Assembly: GCF_006345805.1 (NCBI RefSeq)
Contig: NC_043019.1
Location: forward strand, 4,339,360 to 4,403,359
Source of the DNA: Octopus sinensis
Taxonomy: Eukaryota
DNA: 64,000 nt
Reading direction: 5' to 3'
Of this stretch, positions 63,556 through 64,000 are shown piece by piece (position 1 is the stretch's first letter; each line of letters opens with the position of its first letter). A model generated the notes under the pieces. It was not told where the DNA came from. It made no database searches and was given only the letters and a program-made list of their open reading frames with translations. A program made the position numbers and the translations under genes.

Positions 63556-63789
63556 ACATGGCATATATATTCCCCGCTTAAATGGTCAGTTACAGGACTA
63601 CTTATTACTCAGGATTACTCAGCTGGAGTAACGTGAAATGAAGTGTTTTGCTCAAGAACACAGCACATCACCCAGTCCAGGAATCGAAACCACAATCTTA
63701 CAATCATGAGTCCAATACCCTAACCACTAAGCCGTGTGCCTCCACATTACATTAATGCTAGTACTGTACCTGTTTTTCCTCCTACTGGT

Positions 63790-64000
63790 ATCATCATCAT
63801 CATCATCATGATCGTTTAACGTCCGCTTTCCATGCTAGCATGGGTTGGACAGTTCAACCGGGGTCTGGGAAGCCAGAAGGCTGCACCAAGCCCAGTCAGA
63901 TCTGGCGGTGTTTCTACAGCTGGATGCCCTTCCTAATGCCAACCACTCCGTGAGTGTAGTGGGTGCTTTTTATGTGCCACCGGCACAGGTGCCATACGAT
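63790..64000 (-). mobile_element. RTE 3' UTR fragment running off the window edge
   Basis: (ATC)n followed by GTTTAACGTCCGCTTTCCATGCTAGC. Confidence 0.8.

Overview
AT-rich, repeat-dense animal genomic DNA, most likely a coleoid cephalopod (Octopus-type). This is an inference from the tRNA-headed SINE families, the RTE/Penelope load and the very long (AT)/(AC)/(ATGT)/(GATA) microsatellites. Most short ORFs in the track are microsatellite or transposon artefacts. Host-gene content: (1) a phase-0 terminal coding exon of an unidentified plus-strand gene at 717-1034. (2) A minus-strand multi-exon gene over about 49.4-61.5 kb, with phase-compatible GT-AG exons encoding a coiled coil and a domain resembling CCDC17. 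(3) Two intact-looking U2 snRNA genes in a ~1.65-kb tandem duplication whose junctions are non-autonomous Helentron-like (HINE) elements. Mobile DNA includes four tRNA-derived SINE families, RTE LINE fragments, two Penelope-like remnants, a Gypsy gag remnant, pogo/Tigger, mariner and hAT remnants, piggyBac-type MITEs and a GGATCTTT-ended MITE family. The most interesting observations are: two near-consensus type-I hammerhead ribozymes with extended stem II; an inverted partial duplicate of a coding exon in its downstream intron (candidate ADAR editing-complementary or splice-masking duplex); a foldback transposon with an 8-bp TSD carrying a (TTAGGG)-like array; a composite MITE-spacer-MITE insertion into one TTAA; and the HINE-bounded U2 duplication. 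All family assignments come from recalled motifs, not database searches, and repeat boundaries are approximate. There is a 100-N gap at 12555-12654.
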